Shown piece by piece: positions 20,453-31,143 of a stretch of DNA of 64,000 nt. Position 1 is the first letter of the stretch, and each line of letters begins with the position of its first letter. Source of the stretch: Halarcobacter sp. (GTDB lineage: Bacteria; Campylobacterota; Campylobacteria; Campylobacterales; Arcobacteraceae); the NCBI GenBank assembly GCA_048571215.1, contig CP182352.1, forward strand, positions 1,536,001-1,600,000, written 5' to 3'. Under the pieces are notes generated by a model, which worked only from the letters and a program-made list of their open reading frames with translations, searched no databases and had not been told where the DNA came from. The position numbers and the translations under genes are program-made.

Positions 20453-20965
20453 ATGAAAAATCTAATAATGATAGTATTGAGTATTTTATTCTTCGTAGGA
20501 TGTGCTCCAAAAGATCCAAATATAAAAAGCGTAACTTATGTAAACCTAGATAAATACCTTGGAACTTGGTATGAAATAGCAAGATATGAACACTTTTTTG
20601 AAAAAGATTGCAAAAATGTTACTGCCACATACGAAGTACTAAAAGATGACAAAATTAAAGTTATCAATAGATGTCAATTAATCACTACAAATGAGAAAAA
20701 AGAAGCAATTGGTAAAGCATATACAGTTGATGACACAAATTCAAAATTAAAAGTTAGTTTCTTTTGGCCTTTTTATGGTGACTATTGGGTTATTATGTTA
20801 GCAGATGATTACTCATATGCGGTTGTTAGTGAACCAACAAAAGAGTATTTATGGATTTTATCAAGGGAAAAAAATCTGCATAAAAATATAAAAAATAATA
20901 TTTTAAATAAATTAAAAGAATTAGACTATGATACTTCAAAACTTATCTGGACTATTCAAGAATAA
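20453..20965 (+). CDS. blc: Outer-membrane lipocalin lipoprotein (Blc-like)
   Basis: Lipobox FVGC; GTWYEIAR, KLKVSFFWPFYGDYWV, LWILSR. Confidence 0.8.
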   Translation: MKNLIMIVLSILFFVGCAPKDPNIKSVTYVNLDKYLGTWYEIARYEHFFEKDCKNVTATYEVLKDDKIKVINRCQLITTNEKKEAIGKAYTVDDTNSKLKVSFFWPFYGDYWVIMLADDYSYAVVSEPTKEYLWILSREKNLHKNIKNNILNKLKELDYDTSKLIWTIQE

Positions 20966-21031
20966 AAATATCCTGTAATCAAATTGTCATAATTCTTTTA
21001 TAAAATAACTTCTTGCAACCAAGGAGTTATT

Positions 21032-22832
21032 TTGAGTAAAAATATCAATAATTATAAGAGTAGCACCTATAAACTCAGACTTCTATATATTGACAAAGAT
21101 AATATTACCACTTATCATTCTACAAAAAAATTAAGCAAATATTTCAAAAATGTATTTTTTATAAGTTGTGAAAATGAATTTATAGACAAAATAAAAAAAA
21201 TTGAATTTGATATAATCCTAGTAAATATTGACCTAGAAAATAAAAACATTTTTAAAAAATAAAAAAATAAAAAGTTTTTATCCTAAGGTTCCAATTATTG
21301 TATGTTCAGAAGAGGATGATTCCAAAACTTTAATAAAAGCTATTCAATTAGGTGTTTATGACTATATAAAAAAGCCTTTTAAAAATGATCAAATTAAACA
21401 ACTTACTACTAAACTTGAAAACGAATTTAAAAATTCACAAAAAGAAAATATTCTAAAAGAGTTTGAAAAATTAGTTTTAAAAAGTTCTATTGTTACAAAA
21501 GTAGATTTAAAAGGTGAAATTAAATATGTAAATGATAATTTTTGCCAACTATCTGGTTTCAAAAAAGATGAACTAATTGGCAAACCTTTTACCTCAATTG
21601 TAGATAAAAAAGAAAATATTAAATCTTTGAAATCTATAATAAAAAATCTAAACAACAATAAATTCACTTGGAAGGGTAAGGTAAAAAGTATAAATAAAGA
21701 TGGCAAAAAAGTCTCACTATTTACCACAATGAACCCATTATTTGATAGAAACAAAAATATAATTGGACTTCTTGCAGTTCATATTGATATAACCTTTGAA
21801 GAGAATTTAAAAGAGCATTTTAAAAATCAACTATGTCTTAAAACCTTTAATCTAAACGATGCACTAAAACTTAACAACCAATATGAAATGGCAATCAATA
21901 AAAGCAATATTTTATCAAAAGCAGATACAAATGGAAAAATCACCTATGTAAACGACAAGTTTTGTGAGATATCAGGATATAAAAGAAGTGAACTAATAGG
22001 TAAAGCACACAATATTATAAGACATAAAGATAATAGAAAAGAACTATTTACTGAACTTTGGGCAACTATAAAATCAGGAAAAACTTGGAAAGGTATTATA
22101 AAAAATAAAAAAAAAGATGGAACAGCATATTGGGTTTCAACAACAATCATACCCATAAAAGATAGAAATAACAATATAAAAGAGTTTATTGGTATAAAAC
22201 ATGATTTAACAGAGCTTTTCAGCCTACACAATGAGATAGAAGAGACCCAAAGAGAGATGTTATATAAGATGGGCGAAGTAGGTGAGAGAAGGAGTAAAGA
22301 AACAGGAAACCATGTAAAAAGAGTTGCCCAATACTCAAAAGACTTGGCTTTGCTTTATGGCTTGGATATAAAAGAGTCAAACCTTATATTTTCAGCTTCA
22401 CCCATGCATGATATTGGAAAAGTTGGTATCCCTGATGATATATTAAAAAAACCAGATAAACTCAGTAGTAAAGAGTTTGAAATCATGAAAACCCATGCAG
22501 ATATAGGTTATAAAATATTAAAAAACTCAAAACGTCCCATACTAAAAGTTGCTTCAATCATAGCAAGAGAGCACCATGAGAAATACAATGGTAAAGGTTA
22601 TCCTAGAGGCTTAAAAGGTGAGGATATACATATTTATGGTCGTATAACTGCTATAGCAGATGTGTTTGATGCCTTAGGTTCAAGAAGATATTATAAAGAA
22701 GCATGGCCAGATAAAAAAATATTTGACTTTTTTATCAAACAAAGAGGAGAACATTTTGATCCCCACTTAGTTGATATTTTTATGGATAATATTGAAATAT
22801 TTTTAAAAACTAGAGATAAATTTCAAGACTAA
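21032..22832 (+). pseudogene. REC-PAS-PAS-HD-GYP c-di-GMP phosphodiesterase split by a frameshift at about 21254-21267
   Basis: REC N-half in 21032-21262; the downstream frame is open from about 21260 (PIIVCS...AIQLGVYDYIKKPF), then two PAS domains, HDIGK and HHEKYNGKGYP. Confidence 0.75.
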
Positions 22833-22857
22833 ATTAAAAGTCTTAAAATATAAATAG

Positions 22858-24054
22858 CTATTTTAAAATATTTGCAATCTCTTTTATGGCATCTTCATTT
22901 TTAATATTTAGTTTTATTTCAATTCTTCTTGATGCTTCTTTATCTTCATTTAATTTATCATCATAGATTGGGTCAAGATAAGACCTACCACTAGCAACAA
23001 CTAGTTTTCTTAATTTTTCTTTATTCTTAAAATCTAAAGATAATAAAAAATCCATTACCGAAAAAGCTCTTTTTTGAGATAATTCAAGATTATATAAAAA
23101 ACCTCCAACTGAGTTTGTATGACCTTCTATTACAATAGTATCTATATACTTATTTATCTCTTTATTTTCTAAAATTGTTTGAAAATAATCGTATACTGCA
23201 TTTTTTAGAAATATTTTAGAATTTGGTTTTAATTCCGACTTTCCTTCGTCAAATAAGATATTAGAAGATAAAGATAAATTTCCATTTTTAGGGTTTATTT
23301 TTATTTTGTTTCCAAGTTTTTCTTTTAAAAGTGTAATTACTTTTATTTTAATACCTGTTAAGTTTTTGATTTTTGATTTTGTTGATTCTAATTCTTCTAC
23401 TAAGGTATCATGATCTTTTTGAGTATTATTTAGTTTGACTTCAATCACTTTCATCTCATCTTCAAGCTCTTGATTTTTCTTTTTAAATAATTCAATCAAT
23501 TTCTCTTTTTCTAAGCTTTGTTCCACTAATAACTCTAACTCTTTTTTACTCTTAGATGATAGTTTATTGTACTCTTCATCTTTTTGTTTTACAAGCTGAT
23601 TTAAGGAACTAAGTTGTGAGAGTAGTTGTTTTTTTTCTTTGTCTAAATCTTTTAACTTCTCTTCCATTTGTTCTTTTGAAAGGATAAAAAGCTCTAGTTT
23701 ATTTTCTTTTTTCTCTAAAAGATTTTCTTTTTCATCAAGACTTAATTTTAATTGTTCATTTTCTATAATCCTATCTTGAAGCTTTTTTTTGATTTGATTC
23801 AAAGAGTTATTGCTATTATTAAGCTCTGAAATAATATTTTTAAGTTTTTCCTCTTTTTTAAGCAATTCACTTTTATTTTTTTCTAAAGCTAATTTTTCTT
23901 TTTGTAAGGATTTTTCTAATAAAGAACTCTCACTTTGAAGAAGTGAATATTTTACAATTATAGCTCCAATTAAGAGTATAAAAACAAAAAGCAAACCTGC
24001 CATCAAATCTGCATAAGATATCCAAAAATTGGTATTATTATCTCTATTTTCCAT
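22858..24054 (-). CDS. MotB/ZorB-like protein: TM + coiled coil + OmpA peptidoglycan-binding domain
   Basis: FWISYADLMAGLLFVF TM with Asp; EGHTN, NLELSQKRA, SRRIEI. Confidence 0.85.
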   Translation of the reverse strand: MENRDNNTNFWISYADLMAGLLFVFILLIGAIIVKYSLLQSESSLLEKSLQKEKLALEKNKSELLKKEEKLKNIISELNNSNNSLNQIKKKLQDRIIENEQLKLSLDEKENLLEKKENKLELFILSKEQMEEKLKDLDKEKKQLLSQLSSLNQLVKQKDEEYNKLSSKSKKELELLVEQSLEKEKLIELFKKKNQELEDEMKVIEVKLNNTQKDHDTLVEELESTKSKIKNLTGIKIKVITLLKEKLGNKIKINPKNGNLSLSSNILFDEGKSELKPNSKIFLKNAVYDYFQTILENKEINKYIDTIVIEGHTNSVGGFLYNLELSQKRAFSVMDFLLSLDFKNKEKLRKLVVASGRSYLDPIYDDKLNEDKEASRRIEIKLNIKNEDAIKEIANILK

Positions 24055-25096
24055 TTAATAATTCTTTTCCAAGCTCTTTTAAATCACTAGATACCAGTTC
24101 TAAAGATGATAAAACAGAATATGTTTCTGCTTTTATAGCCTTTTGATTATGATTTTGATTTTCTAAACTTTTCTCAAAACTATTATTTATTTCATCAATA
24201 TTTTTTTTGATTTTATCTAAACTATCTACTATTTTTTTATGTTTTTCTGCACTTTTTTCAAGTATATTATAATAATTTATATAACTATCAGAAATTTTAT
24301 TCTCAAAAGTACTAAAAGATTTATTTATATCTTCTAAATGTTCTAATTTATTTTTTACCAGATCATCCATTTTAAAAATAAAATCCGGTGTTAATAGTGA
24401 TTCTAATTTTTTTGAAAAACTTTCTTTTTGTGATTCTAAGATTTTTGCTATTTCTATCTCATCTTTGGTCCAAATAAACTCTTTATAAGAATCTTTTAAA
24501 AAATTTATTTCACTATCAACTTTGGTTAAACCCCTTTTTTCAAAAAATACCCACCAAATAGATAAAAATATCCCATAAATTGAAGCATAAAATGCTGTGC
24601 CAACTCCACTTAGTAAAAGAGTTATCTCATTTTCTAAAGCTTGTTTTGAATCAACAGTAAAATCAGGCATAGATATTGCAATAGCAGTAAAAGTACCTAA
24701 TATCCCTAAGGTTGGGAAGATAGATGAGGCTATATTTGCAAAATTATCATTTCTTAAATCCCTTAAAAAACTTTTAAAATACTCATCTAAAGAAGCGTAA
24801 GATTTTTTTGTATTATTTAAAGTAAGCTCTTTTGAGTTTAGATAAATATCAATATCGTCTTTTGACTCAAATATTTTATTTTTTAAAATAGAAAAAGTAT
24901 ACCAAGCATTATGTGGTATAAAAAAAAGAAAAATTATAAGAATTAAAAAGATAATTATAAGTGAATGTATCTCAACTTTTAGTGGTATATACTTTATATA
25001 TCCCAATAAAACAAAAATAAAAAGTATAATTGGAACCGAAGCTATAACTAAAAACCGGGGAAAGCTGTTAACTCTCCTACTATTAAATTCAGACAT
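24044..25096 (-). CDS. MotA/TolQ/ExbB (ZorA-like) proton channel with helical C-terminal tail
   Basis: PTLGILGTF and GTAFYASIYG helices; overlaps the MotB-like gene. Confidence 0.8.
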   Translation of the reverse strand: MSEFNSRRVNSFPRFLVIASVPIILFIFVLLGYIKYIPLKVEIHSLIIIFLILIIFLFFIPHNAWYTFSILKNKIFESKDDIDIYLNSKELTLNNTKKSYASLDEYFKSFLRDLRNDNFANIASSIFPTLGILGTFTAIAISMPDFTVDSKQALENEITLLLSGVGTAFYASIYGIFLSIWWVFFEKRGLTKVDSEINFLKDSYKEFIWTKDEIEIAKILESQKESFSKKLESLLTPDFIFKMDDLVKNKLEHLEDINKSFSTFENKISDSYINYYNILEKSAEKHKKIVDSLDKIKKNIDEINNSFEKSLENQNHNQKAIKAETYSVLSSLELVSSDLKELGKELLNGK

Positions 25097-25168
25097 AATT
25101 TTCTCCTTAAGTGATTCTTTATTATATATAAATTTTTAACTAAAGAGTAATTATATTGAATAAAAAAT

Positions 25169-26629
25169 TTACGGTCTATAAACTTTTATATTTTTATACC
25201 CCTTAGAATCTATTAAATACTGAGCATGTAATTGACTTAGAATCCCTTTTTCACAATAAAAAAGATACTCTTTATCTTTAGGCAATTTATCAAACTCAGA
25301 TTTTAGTTTAAAAAATGGTATCTTAAGTGTTTCACAACAAGTTTCTATGCAATCATCATTTTGCCTAATATCTATTACAGTATAGTTTCCACTTGAAATA
25401 TCACTTACAACTTCAATTTCCCCTATTTCACTTACATTTGTATCAATCTCATCAACATTGATTGTAATTGCATTTTCAACTGCCTTGTCAAGAACACTAT
25501 AGTCAAACTTTACAGCCTCTTTTTCCATTCTTTCATATGAACCATGGGTTACTGGATTTTTTGAGATAACTCCACAATACTCAGGCATATTTTCAGCAAA
25601 TTTTCTTGTACCAATCTCATTTGCTATATCGATAATTTGAGGTTTATTAAATGTAGCTAGTGGTCTTATAACAAGTTTTCTAGTTACTTGGTCAATTAAT
25701 GCTAAGTTTCTTAAAGTTTGACTTGATACTTGGGCTACACTCTCTCCTGTTAGAAGGGCATCAATTCCCATACTATCAGCTACTTTTTCAGAAGCCATTA
25801 GCATAAGTCTTTTTAAAGTTACTCCCATATAGGATTCATGGGTTGATTTAAAAATCTCAGTTACAACATCATCAAAAGGAACAGAGGTAAAACTTACCCT
25901 ATGTGAAGAACCAAATTTATTCCATAGGTAATAAGCTACTTGTTTAACACCTATTTCGTGAGCTATTCCACCAAGGTTAAAAAATATAAAGTGAGTTTTT
26001 ATTCCCCTTTTCATAGTAAGATAACTTGCAACTGTCGAGTCAAAACCACCAGACATTAGTGATAAAATATCACCTTGAGTTCCCAAAGGAAAACCAGATA
26101 AGCCCCTGTATCTATCTGTAATAATATTTAATTGATTGTTAATTAGCTCAATATTTATAGTAACCTCAGGAGTCCTTAAATCTACCCCCTTAGATTCATT
26201 ATTTGCAAGCATATATCCACCAACAGTTTGCTCTATATTTGTAGATTTAAACTCATGGGTTCCTGTTCTTTTAGCCCTAACTACAAAAGTTTTATCTTTT
26301 ATAATTTTTCCCATATATTCATTTACTTTTACTTTTATTTCATCTAAAGTTTTCATATTATCTATTTGAATAGCTTCTAAAATAAGTTCAATCCCTGGAG
26401 TTTCAACAAGTTTTAGTCTAAGTTCAATCACAAACTCAATAGGAGTTACTATCTCTATCTTGTCAAAAAACTTTTTAAGCTTCATATCTGGTGAGATTTT
26501 TCTAGTAAGTTTCTGCAAATTTCCAAAAAGTTGGTCAACCATTTGTCTTTTTGCTTTTGAACCTTTTATCATTATCTCTGGGAAAAATTTAACTATAAAT
26601 TTTTGGGTTTTTACTTCTGTCATTTTCAT
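25169..26629 (-). CDS. thiI: tRNA 4-thiouridine synthase with C-terminal rhodanese-like domain
   Basis: THUMP domain, PP-loop SGGFDS, GESVAQVSSQTL, MPEYC, FYCEKG. Confidence 0.92.
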   Translation of the reverse strand: MKMTEVKTQKFIVKFFPEIMIKGSKAKRQMVDQLFGNLQKLTRKISPDMKLKKFFDKIEIVTPIEFVIELRLKLVETPGIELILEAIQIDNMKTLDEIKVKVNEYMGKIIKDKTFVVRAKRTGTHEFKSTNIEQTVGGYMLANNESKGVDLRTPEVTINIELINNQLNIITDRYRGLSGFPLGTQGDILSLMSGGFDSTVASYLTMKRGIKTHFIFFNLGGIAHEIGVKQVAYYLWNKFGSSHRVSFTSVPFDDVVTEIFKSTHESYMGVTLKRLMLMASEKVADSMGIDALLTGESVAQVSSQTLRNLALIDQVTRKLVIRPLATFNKPQIIDIANEIGTRKFAENMPEYCGVISKNPVTHGSYERMEKEAVKFDYSVLDKAVENAITINVDEIDTNVSEIGEIEVVSDISSGNYTVIDIRQNDDCIETCCETLKIPFFKLKSEFDKLPKDKEYLFYCEKGILSQLHAQYLIDSKGYKNIKVYRP

Positions 26630-26788
26630 TCTTTTTTTGTATCATTTTTTGTGGGCGCAATTATAGCATAAGTGGATTAAATGACAAAAAAATATTCAAA
26701 AAACTTCCAACTTCAATAAAATCAACATTAAAATACAATAACTTTAAAATATCATAAGATTGTTATACGAAAATGATAAAATAGAAAA

Positions 26789-27001
26789 ATGAATAATTTA
26801 GTTAAAATCAAAAACATCTTAAATCACCATAAATGTAAATGTTATGAAATAGATCAATTAAATAAAAAACTTATATACCTAAAAGACAACAACTGCTATA
26901 CTCTAAACCCAGTTATTGCTGAGATTACAGGCTATTTAGTTTGCAATAACATAGAATATACCATGACAAAAAAATTAGATATTATTTTAGAAGAATTATA
27001 A
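26789..27001 (+). CDS. Hypothetical protein
   Basis: 70-aa ORF collinear with the downstream MFS gene. Confidence 0.5.
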   Translation: MNNLVKIKNILNHHKCKCYEIDQLNKKLIYLKDNNCYTLNPVIAEITGYLVCNNIEYTMTKKLDIILEEL

Positions 27002-27011
27002 AGGTTTTATT

Positions 27012-28148
27012 ATTAAAAAGAGTGCTATTTTTACGCTTTTACTAATTTCAATGACAACAATGATGTCAAATGTTGCAATAGTTACAACCCTTCCTAGACT
27101 TAAAGAATACTTTTCAACAATAGAAAACATTGAATTTTATTCAAGACTTATGTTAACCCTACCCTCATTGGTTATTGCTTTATTATCTCCATTTATTGGT
27201 CATGCTGTTTATAGATTTGGTAAAAAAAATTCAGCAATATTAGCCTTATTTATTTTTTCATTGACAGGTAGTGCTGGTTTATATCTAGATAAGATAGAGT
27301 ATCTGCTAATTTCACGAGCTTTATTTGGTATCTCTGTTGCAACCCTAATGATAGTTGTGACTTCACTGGTTGGGGACTATTTCAAACAAGAAAAAAGACA
27401 TAAATTTATGGGCTATCAAAGTGCTTTTATGGCTATAGGTGGTGTTGGTTTTGTATTTGGAGGGGGATTTTTATCTGATATAAATTGGCGTTTACCTTTT
27501 GGTATCTATCTAGTTGGGATATTGCTTTTACCTATGGTAATATTTTTTTTAATAGAAAAAAGCAAAGATGATCCTAGTTTAATAGAAGAACAAACCATAC
27601 AAAAAAAGCTTATAGGTATATATGGTTTAGCATTTTTTTATATGCTTATATTTTTTATTTTACCAACACAAATACCATTTTTGATTATAGATACTTTTGG
27701 AGCAAGTGGTAAAATGGCTGGTTCTATTATAGCCCTAGCCTTTTTATCAAATGCCTTTGGAGCAATCACCTTTTCGAAGTTGAAACAAAAATATAGATTT
27801 TCAACCATATATATAATAGCATTAAGTATTATCTCTATGGGATTTATAGGTATTGGTAGTGTAAATAATGTACATCTATTTTACATTACAAGTCCTATTT
27901 TAGGCTTTGGTGGTGGAATTATGATGACAAATGTAACCGCTTGGATGTTAAGTAGAACAAGCTTTGAAAGAAGAGTTAAATCGTCTGGTTACCTAACAAG
28001 TTTCTTATTTATGGGACAGTTCTTTTCACCTATTGTTTTTCATCCTTTTGTTTCTTATCTTGGTGTTCAACACTTTTTTACCTTTATTGGGTGTTGTTTA
28101 GTTATAATTGTTTTACTAATTACCTGTTTTTTATATTTTAGAAAATAA
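27012..28148 (+). CDS. MFS transporter, probable ATT start upstream of the 27051 ATG
   Basis: About 12 TM segments; in-frame IKKSAIFTLLLIS completes TM1; AAGG at 27001. Confidence 0.8.
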   Translation: MKKSAIFTLLLISMTTMMSNVAIVTTLPRLKEYFSTIENIEFYSRLMLTLPSLVIALLSPFIGHAVYRFGKKNSAILALFIFSLTGSAGLYLDKIEYLLISRALFGISVATLMIVVTSLVGDYFKQEKRHKFMGYQSAFMAIGGVGFVFGGGFLSDINWRLPFGIYLVGILLLPMVIFFLIEKSKDDPSLIEEQTIQKKLIGIYGLAFFYMLIFFILPTQIPFLIIDTFGASGKMAGSIIALAFLSNAFGAITFSKLKQKYRFSTIYIIALSIISMGFIGIGSVNNVHLFYITSPILGFGGGIMMTNVTAWMLSRTSFERRVKSSGYLTSFLFMGQFFSPIVFHPFVSYLGVQHFFTFIGCCLVIIVLLITCFLYFRK

Positions 28149-28200
28149 TTTACATTAATTCTACATAATAGTTTTATATAATCCATAATAAGGATTTATT

Positions 28201-29121
28201 ATGACAGTTTTTTTAACTCTGCTTGGAAAAATCATCCCTTTATATTTTAGTATTATTTTAGGTGTATTTAGTACTGCTATACTTAAATGCGATAAAGAAA
28301 CTGTTGCAAAAATATTACTGTTTTTATTGGCACCTTTGATTATATTTAATGCTACAGTTAATGTAAAACTAAATTTATCTGTTATCTTTTTACCAACTTA
28401 TTTTTTTATTCTAAGCACAATCTTGGCCTTTGTAATTTTATTTTTTGCAAGAAAAATTTATAGTGATAACACTGCAAATCTATTGGCCTTTAGTACTGCA
28501 ACAGGGAACACTGGAAACCTTGGTATTCCTTTAGCTATTATCTTTTTAGAGCCCAAATTAGTAGATGTATTTATCTTCACTGTTTTAGCTTCAATGTTAT
28601 ATCAAAACTCTGTGGGATACTATATAACAGCTAAGGGAAATTTTTCAAGTTTAGAAAGTATAAAAAAAGTTCTAAAACTTCCTGTTATACATGCTTTTCT
28701 CTTAGGTTTAATAGTAAATCTAAATGGTATTGAAATACCTAGTATGTTTCATGATTATTCAGCTTACTTAAAAGGAGCCTACGCAATTTTGGGTATGATG
28801 CTTTTAGGTATGGGTTTAGAAAAAGTAAGAAGTGACAATAGTATAGATATAAAATTTATCTCACTTGCACTATTTATCAAGTTTATTATCTGGCCACTTA
28901 CTACAATAATTTTTATGATTTTAGATAAAAACTTTTTTCATCTTCTAAATGAAAATCTTTATTTAGTTATGTTTATCTTTTCAATTGTTCCACTAGCAGG
29001 AAACACAGTCACAGTTGCAACTATTTTAAATGTAAAACCTCAAAAGATGTCTATAACAGTATTTATCTCTACTGTGGTGTCTTTATTTTATATACCTTAT
29101 ATGTTGTATCTTTTTAACTAA
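28201..29121 (+). CDS. AEC (auxin efflux carrier) family transporter
   Basis: GNTGNLGIP motif; about 10 TM segments. Confidence 0.8.
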   Translation: MTVFLTLLGKIIPLYFSIILGVFSTAILKCDKETVAKILLFLLAPLIIFNATVNVKLNLSVIFLPTYFFILSTILAFVILFFARKIYSDNTANLLAFSTATGNTGNLGIPLAIIFLEPKLVDVFIFTVLASMLYQNSVGYYITAKGNFSSLESIKKVLKLPVIHAFLLGLIVNLNGIEIPSMFHDYSAYLKGAYAILGMMLLGMGLEKVRSDNSIDIKFISLALFIKFIIWPLTTIIFMILDKNFFHLLNENLYLVMFIFSIVPLAGNTVTVATILNVKPQKMSITVFISTVVSLFYIPYMLYLFN

Positions 29122-29174
29122 AATTTTTTATTTTATTTTAGAGACATAAAAAATAAGTATTTTATTATATTTAA

Positions 29175-30056
29175 TTAGACATATTTAACAGGAACATGAT
29201 AGATACCTTTTATTATATGGTTTTCATCCCAAGTATTATTATTTTTAAAAATTATATATGAAGGTATTGTAATTTTTTCATATCCACTACTAGGAAGCCA
29301 ATCATGATATACCCATTGTATAAGTTTTAATAACTCATTATGTGTAAGTTCAATTTCAAATGTGATACATAAACACTCTTGAATTTCCAACATTGGCAAA
29401 TTAGTATCAGCTAAATCTAATCTATTATCATGTGGGACAACACAGGCAACATAATCACAATCTTCCAATGGTGTTATTGTAGGATTGTCATGATAAATTG
29501 CAATTTGTTCATATTCTTCTATTTTATTAGTATAAATCCATGCAATCATTTTTTCCCAAATCTCTTTATATTCTCCTAAATAACCCTTTTGCCTAAGATA
29601 ATATGCCATTCTAGGTTTAACTTTTACTAAACCTCTTTTTAGAGTAAAAAAATCAATACTACAACTTTCAATAATATTTTTATTTAAAATTGCATCTGAA
29701 TATTCTTTATAGCCACCTCTTCTCCAATATTTTGGAGTTTGATTAAATCTTTGTTTAAAAGCTCTAATAAAAGAAGTTTGACAACTATATCCACACATAT
29801 TAGATATTTCTGTTATGGTTGATTGTTTATTTGTAATTAAAATATTAGCAGCTTTTTGTAAACGAACTGATTTTATAGTATTGTATATGGAATTACCCAT
29901 TTGTTCTTTAAATACCCTATGTAGATGAAATTTACTTACTTTTAATTCCTTAGATAAATGATCTAAATTAATATCTGTTTCAATATTATCAAAAATATAA
30001 CACATCAAGTCATTGGCTATTTTACTATGGATTAAATTTGTACTTTTCTTTATCAT
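29175..30056 (-). CDS. AraC family regulator with GyrI-like effector domain
   Basis: SKFHLHRVFK and CGY...FIRAFK HTHs; YHDNPTITP. Confidence 0.88.
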   Translation of the reverse strand: MIKKSTNLIHSKIANDLMCYIFDNIETDINLDHLSKELKVSKFHLHRVFKEQMGNSIYNTIKSVRLQKAANILITNKQSTITEISNMCGYSCQTSFIRAFKQRFNQTPKYWRRGGYKEYSDAILNKNIIESCSIDFFTLKRGLVKVKPRMAYYLRQKGYLGEYKEIWEKMIAWIYTNKIEEYEQIAIYHDNPTITPLEDCDYVACVVPHDNRLDLADTNLPMLEIQECLCITFEIELTHNELLKLIQWVYHDWLPSSGYEKITIPSYIIFKNNNTWDENHIIKGIYHVPVKYV

Positions 30057-30115
30057 AATAGTATTTTAACAGATAAAAGAATATTTTGAGCAAGAAAAGA
30101 GAATTTTTTAAGCAG
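30057..30115. promoter_or_regulatory. Extended -10 of a leaderless regulator gene plus tandem AGCA operator
   Basis: Minus strand TGtTAAAAT-actatt-ATG; AGCA at 30089 and 30111 (22-bp spacing), same layout as 53713-53771. Confidence 0.55.
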
Positions 30116-30171
30116 AATAAGTATAGAAATATTTATTTTTAACTGTTAAAATAAAATCAAAAAGAGAAAAT

Positions 30172-30555
30172 ATGAAAAAGCAAATTCAATACTATGAAGA
30201 TAAATTAAAATACGAAATAGATTCTTGGGATTTAAGTGAAGCATTAAAAAATAAAGAAAAAATAATAGTTATAGATACACGTTCAAATGAAGCATATAAG
30301 TATGAACATATTCCAAGTGCTATAAATATTCCCCATCGAACAATGAGTGAAGAAAGTACAATCTCACTTGATAAAGAATACTTGTATATATGTTATTGTG
30401 ATGGTATTGGATGCAATGCTTCAACTAAAGGTGCATTGAAAATGACAAAATTAGGCTTTAAAACAAAAGAACTATTAGGTGGTATTGATTGGTGGAAAAG
30501 AGATAAACATGAAACTTCAAAAACTGGAATAAAAAATACATCTTGTGGATGTTAA
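30172..30555 (+). CDS. Rhodanese-like protein
   Basis: IDTR, HIPSAINIP, YCDGIGCNAS, GGIDWW. Confidence 0.85.
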   Translation: MKKQIQYYEDKLKYEIDSWDLSEALKNKEKIIVIDTRSNEAYKYEHIPSAINIPHRTMSEESTISLDKEYLYICYCDGIGCNASTKGALKMTKLGFKTKELLGGIDWWKRDKHETSKTGIKNTSCGC

Positions 30556-30556
30556 A

Positions 30557-31012
30557 ATGAAAAATGAATATATTATTAGAAAAGCTAAAATAAATGATAT
30601 AGAAAGTTTATTGATTTTATTTCAAAAACATGCTGCATTTGAAAAAAGTGATTTTATTTTAGAAAATAAAAAAGAGAAATTAGAAAAATATCTATTTAAT
30701 ACTGATATTCTCAATTGCCTAGTAATTGAAATAAATAATACAATAATAGCTTATGCCACTTATTTTAAACAATTTTCAACCTGGGATGTGGATTTTTATT
30801 TATATTTAGACTGCCTTTTTATAGAGAAAGATTTTAGAAATCTAGGCTTGGGCAAAAAAATTATTGATGTATTAAAAGAAGTAGCAAAAAAACTAAACTG
30901 TAGTTTTATACAATGGCAAACACCTAGTTTTAATGAAAAAGCGATAAAATTTTATAATAAAGTAGGTGCAAAATCTAAAAATAAAGAGAGATTTTTCTTA
31001 GGAGTACTATAA
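30557..31012 (+). CDS. GNAT N-acetyltransferase (SSAT-like)
   Basis: FSTW, YLDCLFI, FRNLGLG, NEKAIKFY. Confidence 0.85.
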   Translation: MKNEYIIRKAKINDIESLLILFQKHAAFEKSDFILENKKEKLEKYLFNTDILNCLVIEINNTIIAYATYFKQFSTWDVDFYLYLDCLFIEKDFRNLGLGKKIIDVLKEVAKKLNCSFIQWQTPSFNEKAIKFYNKVGAKSKNKERFFLGVL

Positions 31013-31143
31013 ATTTCTCTTCTATAATTTAAATATTAATCTTACTAGAAAATGTAATTAAATCTATAAAAAGACATTATTTGTATACAAAAAAACCAAA
31101 ATCTAATATACACTGATAACAAGATAAAAAATAAAGAGTTAAA

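Noticed and set aside
22858..25096. Calling this a complete Zorya system
   Set aside because: No ZorC/ZorD/ZorE-like genes adjacent and the context is housekeeping (thiI)
31081..31090. TTGTATACAA palindrome upstream of the SRPBCC gene as a possible light/ROS regulator site
   Set aside because: A 10-bp AT-rich palindrome with no convincing copy upstream of the lipid cluster
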